A stretch of DNA of 64,000 nucleotides from NCBI GenBank assembly GCA_004764695.1, contig SMSO01000032.1, forward strand, positions 744,001-808,000, written 5' to 3'. Positions 34,929 to 46,163 of this stretch are shown here, piece after piece. A program made the position numbers and the translations under genes. Source of the DNA: Schizochytrium sp. TIO01 (lineage: Eukaryota > Protista > Bigyra: Labyrinthulomycetes). Below the pieces are notes generated by a model, which saw nothing but the letters and a program-made list of their open reading frames with translations, had not been told where the DNA came from and made no database searches. How positions within the stretch are numbered: position 1 is the stretch's first letter; each line of letters starts with the position of its first letter.

Positions 34929-37738
34929 CCCTGCGTCGTTTGATGATCATATGTTGTTGTTGCTCGCATTGCCTAAGGTACGTCCGATTGACAGTACCTT
35001 ATGTGCTCTGTAATAATAGTGTCAACTCGTCATTGCTTCCCGAGCTTCTTGGTGTTTCTTTTTTTTAACTGGAAGACGGTTAAAATAACGCCCCGAGATA
35101 CAAGCCTCAAGCAATTGATCGTAGTCAGCTCGCTGGTTGTTATTTCAACGACATCCAAGTTGTCACTGTAGATAGGGTGCCAACTACCTTTCCCTTACCT
35201 GTCAGCATAAGTCCATACTCATGCTCGTCCACAATATACACACACGCTACACAAATATATACAAACACAGAAGAACCTGGAGTGTTCACGGGAGATCCGA
35301 AGGATCGAATGGTTGGCAGCATCTGCATTAGCATGAAGTAGTAATGCTCGCGCGCATGCCTTTTTCTTTGCCACTTTTTAGTTAATAGAGGATAGGATAG
35401 ATCGCTTGTTGAGAGAAGAACGGAACAGATGACTTTCCTCTTTTACCAACAAGAGCGCAGCAACAATAACACACACTTCCTTATTGCCAAATCGCTCACT
35501 GCCAAATAACCGTCAACAAGCCTCACATAGCCCGTGCCTCCTGTTGTTCTATTGTCCGCTATGTCCAAGTTAGGAGATATGAATGATTCTCAACACAAAT
35601 AGAGAAATTAAAAAATATTGTTTTTGGTTATTATCCTCGTTATCCTTTGCGATGTGTCTCTGTCACTTGCAATCTGAGCAACAGGACCTTTTATAGGTTA
35701 GTACCAACTATCATCGCAGGTTCGGAGGAATGTTTAGTTGGCAAAAGGGTTTTTTATCAATGTTTGTGGTCGAGTAACAACAGCGTGTGTTTTAGTGCAT
35801 CTGGTCAAGCGTGCTTGTCTTCTGTACTCTGTATAATAGTACCTCTACTTTTAGGCGAAGAAGAAATAACACCGAGTTAAACCAGACCAAATATAATTCT
35901 GACTTTTTTAATTAAAATGGCCTTTCGAGGAAAGCTAGACGCCGATGTACACTTGACATCAACCAAATAATGTAAAAACTAATCAATACAATCAAGAAAC
36001 ATGTTGTTTAAGGTTAAGGGAAGAGTCACGTATGAAAGTTCTCAAGTTGCGGGATGTAGGAACAACAGATGGGAAAACTTTAAGCATCATGGTCAGTGCC
36101 CGTCAGAAGCTCACAGTAGCACACAATCACAAGAGCTGAAGAAAGATAACAACTTGCAATTCTAAACCACGGTTTGCAGAAGGCACATCATTAGAAGGTT
36201 CCCTGGCTGCAAAGAGTATATTTGTGAAAAGAGAACGTGAGCGAATGCTTCTCTCATGCCAAATTAAATTACAGGTCTGTTCTTGGCACTACCTACGCTT
36301 GCATAGCGTTCTGTTCATCCACAATCTTATATACTTCGTAGCCATCTTTCTACGATTGAATTGATTTTTTTTTCTTTTCCTGATTTTTTTTTTGCTGTTT
36401 TTTGGTTTTATTGTTTCTTTTTTATAGTTCTTTTTTTTGCTTTTTGATAGTGCGGAAACTAAACATCCATGTGGTCAACATCATCGGAAGCCCTCCACTG
36501 TGAAAATAAGCTCATTAGTGAACTCTTTCATAGTACCAAACAATTCTATACGAATTGAACGAAAGGGTAATTCGCTTTGCTGTCCACCTGTTTTGCATCC
36601 TGAAAAGGACGGCGTTTTAAACGCCAGAACGGAAAGGTAGTAAATTGAAGTACAAAGGCAAAGGAGTGAGTATAAGGCAATCTGAGACGGATTAAGAGGC
36701 AGGTGGGGTAGGTCTTCCTAGTAAGAGTACCATATTATTTTGAGATCAAGTCATCTTAACGTGAGGTTTCACCACCACAAAATTATAGAGCAAGCTCAGA
36801 CTGGCATGCTCGATATAAAGCCTCGTAACGAGAGTAGAAAATGTACGTTGAGAAAGGAGAAGAGAAATACAGAGAACAGTACTTGGATGGTAGAAGTGAG
36901 ACGCTCAATTGACAATGAGTGGGATCCAATAGACCTTTCAATAAATTCAACCGCAAGAGAAATATCAAAATGTTGGAAGGTCGCACAACTTGAGAATAGA
37001 CAAATCAGTACGTTGACTTGAGCTTCGTAAAATTAAGAGCATATATCAGATCGACTTGCTACTCACCCAAAGTTGTTCTTCCCCTTTTGGCTATTGAGCT
37101 CATCAGGATGTATCACGTCTTGCAATGGTTGATAACTTTAAGATCCAGGTTGGATGTGAAAGCATCAGCATTGTTCAAGTCATGGAAAGCTCACACATGA
37201 ATATTTGAAAAATCGCCGTGAGACTGTGAAGAAAAGTGTGCACAAGATTATGAACATATTGTGAACCACATTTTACACAACTGACGTCTGCACGTGCAAA
37301 AATGCATAATGGCTTTTCCAAAAAGAAAGTAAACAGTCTTCCATGTGAACGCTTTCCTGCATATGCCCTCAACTGTTTGTTGGTTTAGTCTATCAGATTC
37401 TCTCCACCCAGCTAGACGTTTGAGCGTCATGAAATGCTCTAATCCGTCCATCACGATTCTACAGTCTCCTAACTGGCCTTTCTGACCATACTATGTTCTA
37501 CTATTTGTGTTTTGTTTGCTTTTGTTTGTTTGTTTATTTTGATTGAAGGGAGGGATTGGGATGTTGAATGATCTGTTACAACAGTAACGATCACGAATAT
37601 GAGGAGCATGCTCATCTACATGTAGCATGTTTTGATTCAAACATTGTCATTATTATTGCAAAGTGAAGACCGACGAAGTCGTTACCATAGCAATAATAAC
37701 CCAAGTTTAAAAAAAAAATTGTCTTCGCCCCGAAGTGA

Positions 37739-39337
37739 TTAATCAACGTAAAGCTCACGCGGAATCTCGGCAGGGATGGGCTGAATTTCAGTGGCAAGTT
37801 CTTTTTCAATACGGAAGAGATCATGACGATCCTCGTACGTAATGAAACTAATAGACAAACCACGATGACCAAAACGGCCAGAACGACCGGTACGGTGCAA
37901 ATAGCTCTCAGAGTTGCGGGGAAAGTCAAAGTGAATAACACAGTTAACGGCAATGACGTCAATACCTCGACCGAAAAGATCAGTAGTCACTAAAACACGG
38001 GCACCGCCAGCGCGGAACTCATGGAAAACCTTGTTACGGGACATCTGAGACATCTTTGCATGAATGTAGAAACACGAAGAACCCATCTCAGTAATCTTAC
38101 GTGCAAGAAGTTCAACGCGGTTCACAGAGTTGCAAAAGATCATGCATTGATTGATCTCCAGCTTTCTAAAGAGAGTGTTGAGACAATGAAGCTTCTGACG
38201 TTCGTCTACAAAGGCGTAGTACTGAGTAACACCCTTGAGAGTGAGCTCATCCATGAGGTTGATCTCATATGGCCGCGGCACGTTGCGATCCTTGAAACGT
38301 TTTACGGACATTGGGAAGGTGGCAGAGAACAGCATAATTTGACGGTCCTTTGCACACATGTTGAGAATTTCCTCACAGAGTACCTCAAACTCAGGAGCCA
38401 ATAGCTTGTCAGCCTCGTCCATCACCACAGTGGTACATTGATCAAGCTTAGCAATGTTCTTGCGTGCAAGATCCAAAAGTCGACCAGGAGTGGCCACAAT
38501 GATGTGCACCGGGTTGTACAAACGCATGATATCATCACGCAACATAGTGCCACCAGTGGTCACCATGACCTGCACATCCATATGTTTGCCGATCTCCTTG
38601 AAAATAGCCGAAGTCTGCAATGCCAGCTCACGCGTGGGCAAAAGAACCAACGACTGGATGTGGTCTTTGCTTGTGTCCACCTTCTCAAGGCAGGGGATGA
38701 TGAAAGCAGCAGTTTTACCAGTACCGTTCTTGGCACGGGCCAAAAGGTTACGACCGGCCATCGCAATAGGAATAGCCTCTTCTTGGATTGGGGACGGCTT
38801 TTCAAAACCCTTTTCGAAAATGCCCATCAAGAGCTCGCGCTTGAGGAAGTAGTCCTCAAAGTCATTGCCCTTAGTCTTCGTCACATCCTCCGTCTTGAAC
38901 CGGGTGTCCTTTGGTGGCGCCTTGAGTCCTGCGCGCCAGTCATCAGGAGCAAGAGTAGTGCTAGCATTTGCTGCCTCTTGACTCTCTTGGGCTGTTGAGC
39001 TGCTACTCGAACTGGCCTGTGCACTGCTAGAGGGAGCAGTTTGCTGCTGTGCTGGAGGCTTTTGCAATTCTTGCTGCTTCTGCGGCTGCTGACCTTGCGA
39101 TTGCTGTTGTTGAGGGGCCATGGGTGGGGCCATGCCAGGCCCAGGGATTGACTGCGGGGTCATCATTTGCATTCCATATGCGCTGCCAAGCATACCGTTT
39201 GGCTGCTGCATTTGGTGTCCGTAGTACTGCTGGTACGCCATGTGTGGGTGCTGTTGCTGTTGTTGAGCTTGTTGAGGCTGTCCGCCAGGCTGCTGGCCCT
39301 GGTAGAAGCCATTGGTATATCCGTGTTGTTGTTGCAT
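37739..39337 (-). CDS. DDX6: DEAD-box RNA helicase DDX6/Dhh1 with Q-rich N-terminus
   Basis: [71 protein letters not shown] and [10 protein letters not shown]. Confidence 0.97.
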   Translation of the reverse strand: MQQQHGYTNGFYQGQQPGGQPQQAQQQQQHPHMAYQQYYGHQMQQPNGMLGSAYGMQMMTPQSIPGPGMAPPMAPQQQQSQGQQPQKQQELQKPPAQQQTAPSSSAQASSSSSSTAQESQEAANASTTLAPDDWRAGLKAPPKDTRFKTEDVTKTKGNDFEDYFLKRELLMGIFEKGFEKPSPIQEEAIPIAMAGRNLLARAKNGTGKTAAFIIPCLEKVDTSKDHIQSLVLLPTRELALQTSAIFKEIGKHMDVQVMVTTGGTMLRDDIMRLYNPVHIIVATPGRLLDLARKNIAKLDQCTTVVMDEADKLLAPEFEVLCEEILNMCAKDRQIMLFSATFPMSVKRFKDRNVPRPYEINLMDELTLKGVTQYYAFVDERQKLHCLNTLFRKLEINQCMIFCNSVNRVELLARKITEMGSSCFYIHAKMSQMSRNKVFHEFRAGGARVLVTTDLFGRGIDVIAVNCVIHFDFPRNSESYLHRTGRSGRFGHRGLSISFITYEDRHDLFRIEKELATEIQPIPAEIPRELYVD

Positions 39338-41166
39338 TTTTCGTGCGTGCTTAGTTCTGATACTCCTTCCTCTGTCAAAAAGAAAGGTTCGTCAAGCGAG
39401 CTAGAACACGTGCCAACGGTGTTTCTAAGCTTGAACTTTGGATGAGTAATTGAGATCGAAAACTTCTAGGTGAAGGCAGCTCGTCGTGATATGCTGCTCT
39501 GTGAAAGGTGATATTAAATGAGAAAGAAACACCGGTGATCTGGGTTTCCTATCGCTTGTTGTGGATGGCAAGTGAAAGTCTTGTTAGGACGTTGTGCGCG
39601 TAATAAGTTGCGGTTTGGGCCTAGCTTTTGTTCGCTATATGTTAAGCCAAAATCAGCCAATGAAAAGTAAAGCAAACTAGAAGCGGGGATCTAGCGTGAA
39701 ATTGCAAATATGAAAACTACGCTTGTCCCTGTCTTCGTACGAAATTTCTGTCTTGCGCGTAGCTCTAAAAGTCAAGCTCGTCAAAAGGCTATGCTGTTAT
39801 TCCTTTGAATAAACAAAAAATCAGCACTGCCTCAAATAAAGACTATTGCAAAATGACAATCTCGTTCGCTGCACAATAATAGCACAGCTGGTTGAGGTAA
39901 AGAGATTAATTGATTACACAGACAGTATCGCCTCAACTTATGTACTTTTGGTTGTATGGGCGTGTGTTGTGAGTCTGAATGGAAATGAAAAGAATGAAGA
40001 ATGAAGAGGATATCTACGAAACCACTTTAGCAATAGCTTCTTTCGCAGCGTGTCTGGTCAAGATTAATAGCCAAAGCTTTGCAGACAAAGGAAGCACGAA
40101 AGCCGCAGAAAGGAAATAAAAGCGGGAAAATAGGGAAAGCGAACGAACGAATCAACGAGTGAGTTAAAAAAAAAAAGCCTCTCTCAGGCGCTCGATGAAC
40201 AAAATAGGCCAACGGCGAACCTGCGCCAGGAAGCGCGCTTCAACGCAGCTAGGCGTCTCGCGAACTTCTCGATCAGCAAACCTTCTCTGCCCTGCGCTCG
40301 CTTGCTTGCTTGCTTGCTCGCCTGCTTGAACTCTCTGGCTCTGCTCGCAACGGGGTCTGTCTTTCTCTCTGCTTTGTACCGCGCATATACATCTCTCTCT
40401 CTGTATGTATATATTTATATGTATGGATATACATATATATATATACAATCGATTGTGAATATCCTATACTACGTATTTGTATTAGTATGCCTCCTTTCTT
40501 CTATTATTCGATCTGTTTCTTTTATCCACTTTGTTTTCTTCACAGCACAGTGAAACAACAAAACAAACAAATCCACTCATCCCGCTCTCTCTCGTATCGT
40601 AAACAGCACTCTTGCTCCACAAAACTGCGTGATATACACCACCTCGATCTAGGCAATTGATCCGTCTCAGTTGCCAGCCATTTCAGCCTCTCAAGCGCAC
40701 GCTTTACTCTGCCTGTTCACGTCGTGGGCCTCTCGCTGTGTCTGGCTCTGCTGACCGGGTGCTCATTCAATCGCTCGAAGTCACCTATACCTCTATAACC
40801 CACTTACAAACGTGGCTTTAAATACACAATGCACCGGATACTCTACTGTAGCCGGACGCCTTCCTTGCATGTCCTTCTTTCCAGTGGTTTCTCTTGTTTT
40901 ATTTAACTAAAACATTTTAGTTTTCATTGCGTTTTCTTTCACCTTCTCAGTTTCGTCAAATTGCAATTCGCATAGCGCTTTTACTAGCAGCGGCCCTACC
41001 CATATTAGGGCCAATGGGCGCCGTTGGCCTCGCGTGGCATCGTTGCTTTCGCGTGTTCGCTGCAAAATAGGTGGGCTCAAGCTCCTTCAAGCGCCAGGCC
41101 TCCCTCGAAAGAGCTCTCCGTCTCCGCCGCCGCCCAAAGAGTCCAACTCAAGAGGTAGCTAGCTGT

Positions 41167-41167
<1 letters not shown>

Positions 41168-41199
<32 letters not shown>
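41168..41199. repeat. (TATC)8 microsatellite
   Basis: Direct reading of the sequence. Confidence 0.95.
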
Positions 41200-43443
41200 C
41201 ATCTCGAAAGCACGAGAAGAGAGACACCACGAAACAAGATTTTCTGAGCTGCCAAGACAGCACATCCTGCAGCACTGCTAGCCTTTCACCTAAGCACTCC
41301 TACTGACCACGGCGCCTTCAAAACGACTTTCCTTGTCTTGCTACCGCAAACTCGTAAGACTGCCCTTACGACTGCAGAGGCGTTGCCTAAGTGGAGTTTG
41401 CCTAGGATACTATAGTTTGTGCCCCGTATAACCTACTTGCAGACCCTAAACTTCACTTCGAGCGGCTAAGGAAAAGTCACTATTACATTCTCAATTTCAA
41501 TTTCATTCTCGATTTCTTCGAGACTTGGAACAGCTTGCCACTATGTAACAGTAACAAACTCTGTAGCTTACTGTCATCTTGTGACCGAGCTCTCTTGCTT
41601 CACAGGCAAAGCGGGTGTCAGCGCTGCTAAAGCTGGCAGCACTGGCCCTCGACGCGCCGGGGCCTCTCTTCAACCTCCACCGCTCGCCTTAAGTCTTCAC
41701 AATTGCAAGCATTACCATCAGGTCGTCGTCCAATTCGGAACGATGAGAATGAAATATGAACCTTGGTCGTGTATCATATTGCCCCACAATTGCCCTTGCG
41801 TGTCTCTGTCAGCAGACCCAGAGCTATCCCCGCTTTGCCTTTAAAACCTCTTCGAATTCCAATGTGGCCTGCCCTATCCCTTATTGGGTTGCCCCATGAT
41901 CTAAAACTATCACAACAAACACCCCATCTTGTACTTGCGGTCGCGCCAGTTTTATTCCGTACGTGTTGAAGAATCAACCTTTCAATCGCAACCACAACTT
42001 CGCGTTTGCAACTTTTTCCCTCCCTATCTTGATTCTATCAACTCGGAGGACTTTGTCCTTCAGTACCACTTTAGTGGTCCATTTAAATCAGTTTAGACCG
42101 CTTAATCCCGTGGGTTGCTTCTTCATCGTATCCTTTGAATACATGTGATCGCGTCACCAATGCCACCCACGAAGTTTTCAATATACACTTCTATGGAGGT
42201 CCTACTGCGCAGGCATATAGTGGACCCAGTGTGGTTGATTGCACACATCGCGTTACTTTTAGCAAGTGTTGTATGAGAGGATATAGTAACACATAGTCAA
42301 TATAATATGTAGTCTTAGCACTTTGAAGATGACGATGAGAAATCATTGTTGATGTTGATGTTGATGAAGAGGTTTGCCCGCTTTCGCTCTCGTGCTTCTG
42401 ATATGTTGCGTTCTTTGCGTTGCAGAAAATACGTATTGAGCCATCAAGGGCTGCTGAGGTATCTGGGTACCTCCGGGAAAGTCACATTCATGATTGTCTT
42501 CTGTTTTTCGATCCGCCGAATGTAACCCCTGCGTAAGAAGTCGCAAGGGATGCACAAAGTATGAATTGCTTTGCTTTGGAAATGACATCTTTCAATGTAG
42601 CTAAAGGGGGAGACCAACTTCAAGTTTGACCTTGACTTCTTCAAGTTGAAGGGCTTTTCCACGAAGGCTCACCTCGCCCTGAAGGCTTGCACCAAATCAA
42701 AGTGGAAAGGTAACCATAACGCTGATGAAGCTTCAAGTATCTGTAAATGAAGAAGACGAAATGAATGAAATCGCGCGTGGAAGAGTCAAGAAATTGCTGC
42801 TCCTACTGTTTTTGCTGGAAACAAATAAATACTTGAGAAACTAAGCTCGCGTACCGTAGCAGCGGCGAGCAAACTAACAAAGTCTTCCTTACCGAGGTTT
42901 ATTTGATGATAATAACCAATTACTACCTTGGGGTCTACTGAGGTGCCCTACCACTAGTAGTAGTAGTAATAGAAAATAAAGTGTCTTGGGCCTACACACA
43001 AAAGAATGCGACCTTGCAAGTAGATAATGTATCCTCACAAGTGATTTATAGATTGAATAGTTTACTTGTGAACCACTATAAGTCCATTAGTGTACTGAAT
43101 TGCGCTTTCGATCAACCGATTGCGGTTCGCCTCGCTGAGCTCGCTCGGGACGCCACGCAAACCCTTGTTCTGACGTTGGACGGAACTTCTCTTGCGAGTC
43201 GTTCCGGCACGCCTGCCGAGACCCTCGAACTCCTTGTTCTTCGAAAAGGCCCGTGCTATCAAACGTGCTTTGAGGCGACCCAGCGAGCGTCCGAGCGTGT
43301 ATTGTGTGCCATTTCTTTTGCGAAGACCTTTGTTGCCAAACCTATTACAGCAATAACAACGACAAGAAATCTTGCAAATCTAAGTGAGATTTGTGAGAAT
43401 TGAAATACCATTTCGTCGAAGTTTGAAGCTCTAGAGATCAAAG

Positions 43444-44109
43444 ATGCAAGAGGTTTCCAAGGCAGAGCTTGCCAAGCATGCAAGCGAAGATGACTGCTGG
43501 ATTGCCGTCGATGGTAGTGTGTATGACGTGACTGCTTTCCTCAGCGAGCATCCTGGTGGCGGCGAGCCTATCATGGATTGCGCAGGCAAAGATTGTACTC
43601 GTCAATTCGCTGAGATTGGCCACTCCGACGGAGCTCTTGAGCTTCGCGAGAAGTACTTCATTGGTAGGCTCGAGGGTGCTGCTCCTCTCAAGACTAAGGT
43701 CACTGTCGATAAGAATGCAGACCTTAAGGAGATCTCTCTCGAGGAACTCGCTAAACACAACACCCAGGAGGACTGCTGGATTGCCGTTCACGGCCTCGTC
43801 TATAATATGACTAACTGGCTCGCCAAGCACCCTGGTGGCGATGAGCCTATTATGGACTGCGCCGGTCTGGATTGCTCTCGCCAATTCGACGAGATTGGCC
43901 ACTCCGAGAAGGCATGTGGTATTGCTGATACCTATGTAATCGGCAAGCTCAAGGGAGCCTCTAATGTAAAGCGTCTTATCGACCCCAATGCTACGAAGGT
44001 CACCAAGACGAACCCTAACCTCCCCGGTGATAACGACGCCTACATCTTCGCCGCCTCTGCCACCGCTGCTGCAGTTGTTCTGGGTGCTGTCCTCTTCCGC
44101 TACTTTTAA
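43444..44109 (+). CDS. Tail-anchored cytochrome b5 with two tandem heme-binding domains
   Basis: Two copies of DCWIAV.G.VY..T..L..HPGG.EPIMDCAG.DC.RQF.EIGHS; C-terminal hydrophobic tail AYIFAASATAAAVVLGAVLFRYF. Confidence 0.93.
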   Translation: MQEVSKAELAKHASEDDCWIAVDGSVYDVTAFLSEHPGGGEPIMDCAGKDCTRQFAEIGHSDGALELREKYFIGRLEGAAPLKTKVTVDKNADLKEISLEELAKHNTQEDCWIAVHGLVYNMTNWLAKHPGGDEPIMDCAGLDCSRQFDEIGHSEKACGIADTYVIGKLKGASNVKRLIDPNATKVTKTNPNLPGDNDAYIFAASATAAAVVLGAVLFRYF

Positions 44110-44778
44110 TCAAACAAGCTAGTAAGTTAGCTTCCCAGGCCACTGACCTACCTTGCTGTGTTTTCTCACTCCGCGTGTTCTGCCAATTATTTTGATACAT
44201 ATACACAATATGTGGCGACATGTGCGAGAAGGTTCTCAGTACTACAAGCAGAAAATCCGCTTTAAAGGTCAATTCTTTTGTCTCAAAATGGTGCGTCATT
44301 TTACTGGCATTGTTCTTTTGTCAGCCCCTAAATGCCATTACACAAGAAGCAGCCGACGAACTTTGTTATGTTGGCCTAGTAGGACCCTTTGGTTTTCTTT
44401 TCGAGTGATCATGGGTGGTGTTCTACATGAGCCCACCATAGACTCTTTAACTCTTCATTTCACACAACACACTTTCTACCCAAGATTCCGATTGAAAAGG
44501 TCCCGTAATTAAAAAAACAAACAATATGCGGTCATGTCTTTTGAAAATCTATCTCTGTATCTGTATATCTTGCGTGCTCTCGCTTTCCTATCTCATGTCT
44601 AGGCTCTTTGTAAGACACTCCTGGTCCAAGGAATCCAGTAGTTTTGGCAAAAATGGAAGCGTTTAAGCCAGAATCACACGGAGTATTTCATTTCTTTTTA
44701 TTTTTCTATACTGCTTCTTCACTTAAAGATACGATTTTTGCTCGAAAACAGGCAAATCATTACTAATGCGCTCGCGAG

Positions 44779-45672
44779 TTACTTGCGCTTGCTACTTTTA
44801 AGGGCTTGCATGATTTTCTCGATACTAGCTTGACTCTCCTCAGACGAAACAAACGACCAGAGCTCCTTGCCAGAGTTCGGGCCAGCCATTGCAGCAACCT
44901 TTTCACGTTGCTGTACTTTAGTAGCTGCCCGAGCATTCGGTGGAAGCTGCACAGGGGTCTCCAAAAACTTAAGCACACGGTTCATAACCTCTTCCTTAGG
45001 GACTACTTCGTCGACGAAGCCATACTTGAGTGCCTCTTCAGGAGCCATCATATGACCATGTTGCAAAAGAAACTCGCTATGGCGCTCTCCAACAGTACGA
45101 GCACAGAGTGCCTGGAGCCATCTTGGACACACCATGCCGAGCTGCGTCTCATTAAGACCCATGCGCAATTTAGGGTTATCAGCGAGCACTCGGTAGTCAC
45201 AAGCTAGTGCGAGAACACTTCCGGCAGCTGGTGAATGTGATTCAATAGCCGCTGCAGTCACGAGGCGCGACACATATAGAGTGTGCCAGAGCTCTTCAAA
45301 AGATCCCCAGTACTTGCAAAAATGAGACTCAGATACTTTATACACCTCATTCAGATCAAGACCTGCACAGAAGGCCTTCTCACGCGACCCGAGGACCATT
45401 CCCTGCATTTCAGGGTCTCGTTCGAGCTCTTTGATAGTCTCTGTGAGTTCGCTAATGAGAGCTCCACTAAGACTATTCACCGGAGCTCGTTGCATGTATA
45501 CCATCGCAACCCCCTTTCCGGCAACTTTAATTTTTTCTACGCCGACGAGGCTCTTTACGTTGCTCTCGGTGCTCGCATCTGCACCTCCTGCCAGGGTTCG
45601 CACCCATGACGTGCGCCCCAGAGACCTTTGTTGGAGTCCTCCAAGACCGCGGGGCGCCAGAGATCTCAACAT
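44779..45672 (-). CDS. ECI1: Enoyl-CoA delta isomerase 1 (crotonase superfamily), likely mitochondrial
   Basis: PVNSL, FCAGLDL, AAIESHSPAAGSVLALACDYRVLADNPKLRMGLNETQLG and EALKYGFVDEVV; presequence-like N-terminus. Confidence 0.9.
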   Translation of the reverse strand: MLRSLAPRGLGGLQQRSLGRTSWVRTLAGGADASTESNVKSLVGVEKIKVAGKGVAMVYMQRAPVNSLSGALISELTETIKELERDPEMQGMVLGSREKAFCAGLDLNEVYKVSESHFCKYWGSFEELWHTLYVSRLVTAAAIESHSPAAGSVLALACDYRVLADNPKLRMGLNETQLGMVCPRWLQALCARTVGERHSEFLLQHGHMMAPEEALKYGFVDEVVPKEEVMNRVLKFLETPVQLPPNARAATKVQQREKVAAMAGPNSGKELWSFVSSEESQASIEKIMQALKSSKRK

Positions 45673-46163
45673 TCTCTTGTTGATTTAAGTCGACGTCTAC
45701 GTTGTCTCCTCTCTGCGTTGGCCTCGATTCCCGTTCACGAGTGCGTTTACAGCTTGAGTGTCGATTGGATACTACTACTCCTTCGGTTGGGATTTTTTGA
45801 GTTCTCCGCTGGATTGCAATCTTTTCGTTTAGAATTACATGCCAACCCAAATGCTAACCGCTATATAGAAGAAACTTTTAATACTTTCACTTAGCAAAAG
45901 CACTGGTACTTGAGGTGGTGTTACATGAAATCTCCACAACAGCAGCCATGTCAAGAAGCAATGGTTTTGCATGACCAAGGCTAATGCTTTTTTAATTAAT
46001 AGTAAATGTAAACTTCTTGAGGGTTTGAGATGCGAATTTAGCTTGCTAAAGTAAGGAAAGATTAGTATAAATTCAACTGTAAAATGTATGTCCAAGAGAG
46101 GCGATTACAAAAGACTATAAACGAAGGAGTTTAATTTCATCAGGTGCAGATCATTATTTGTAT

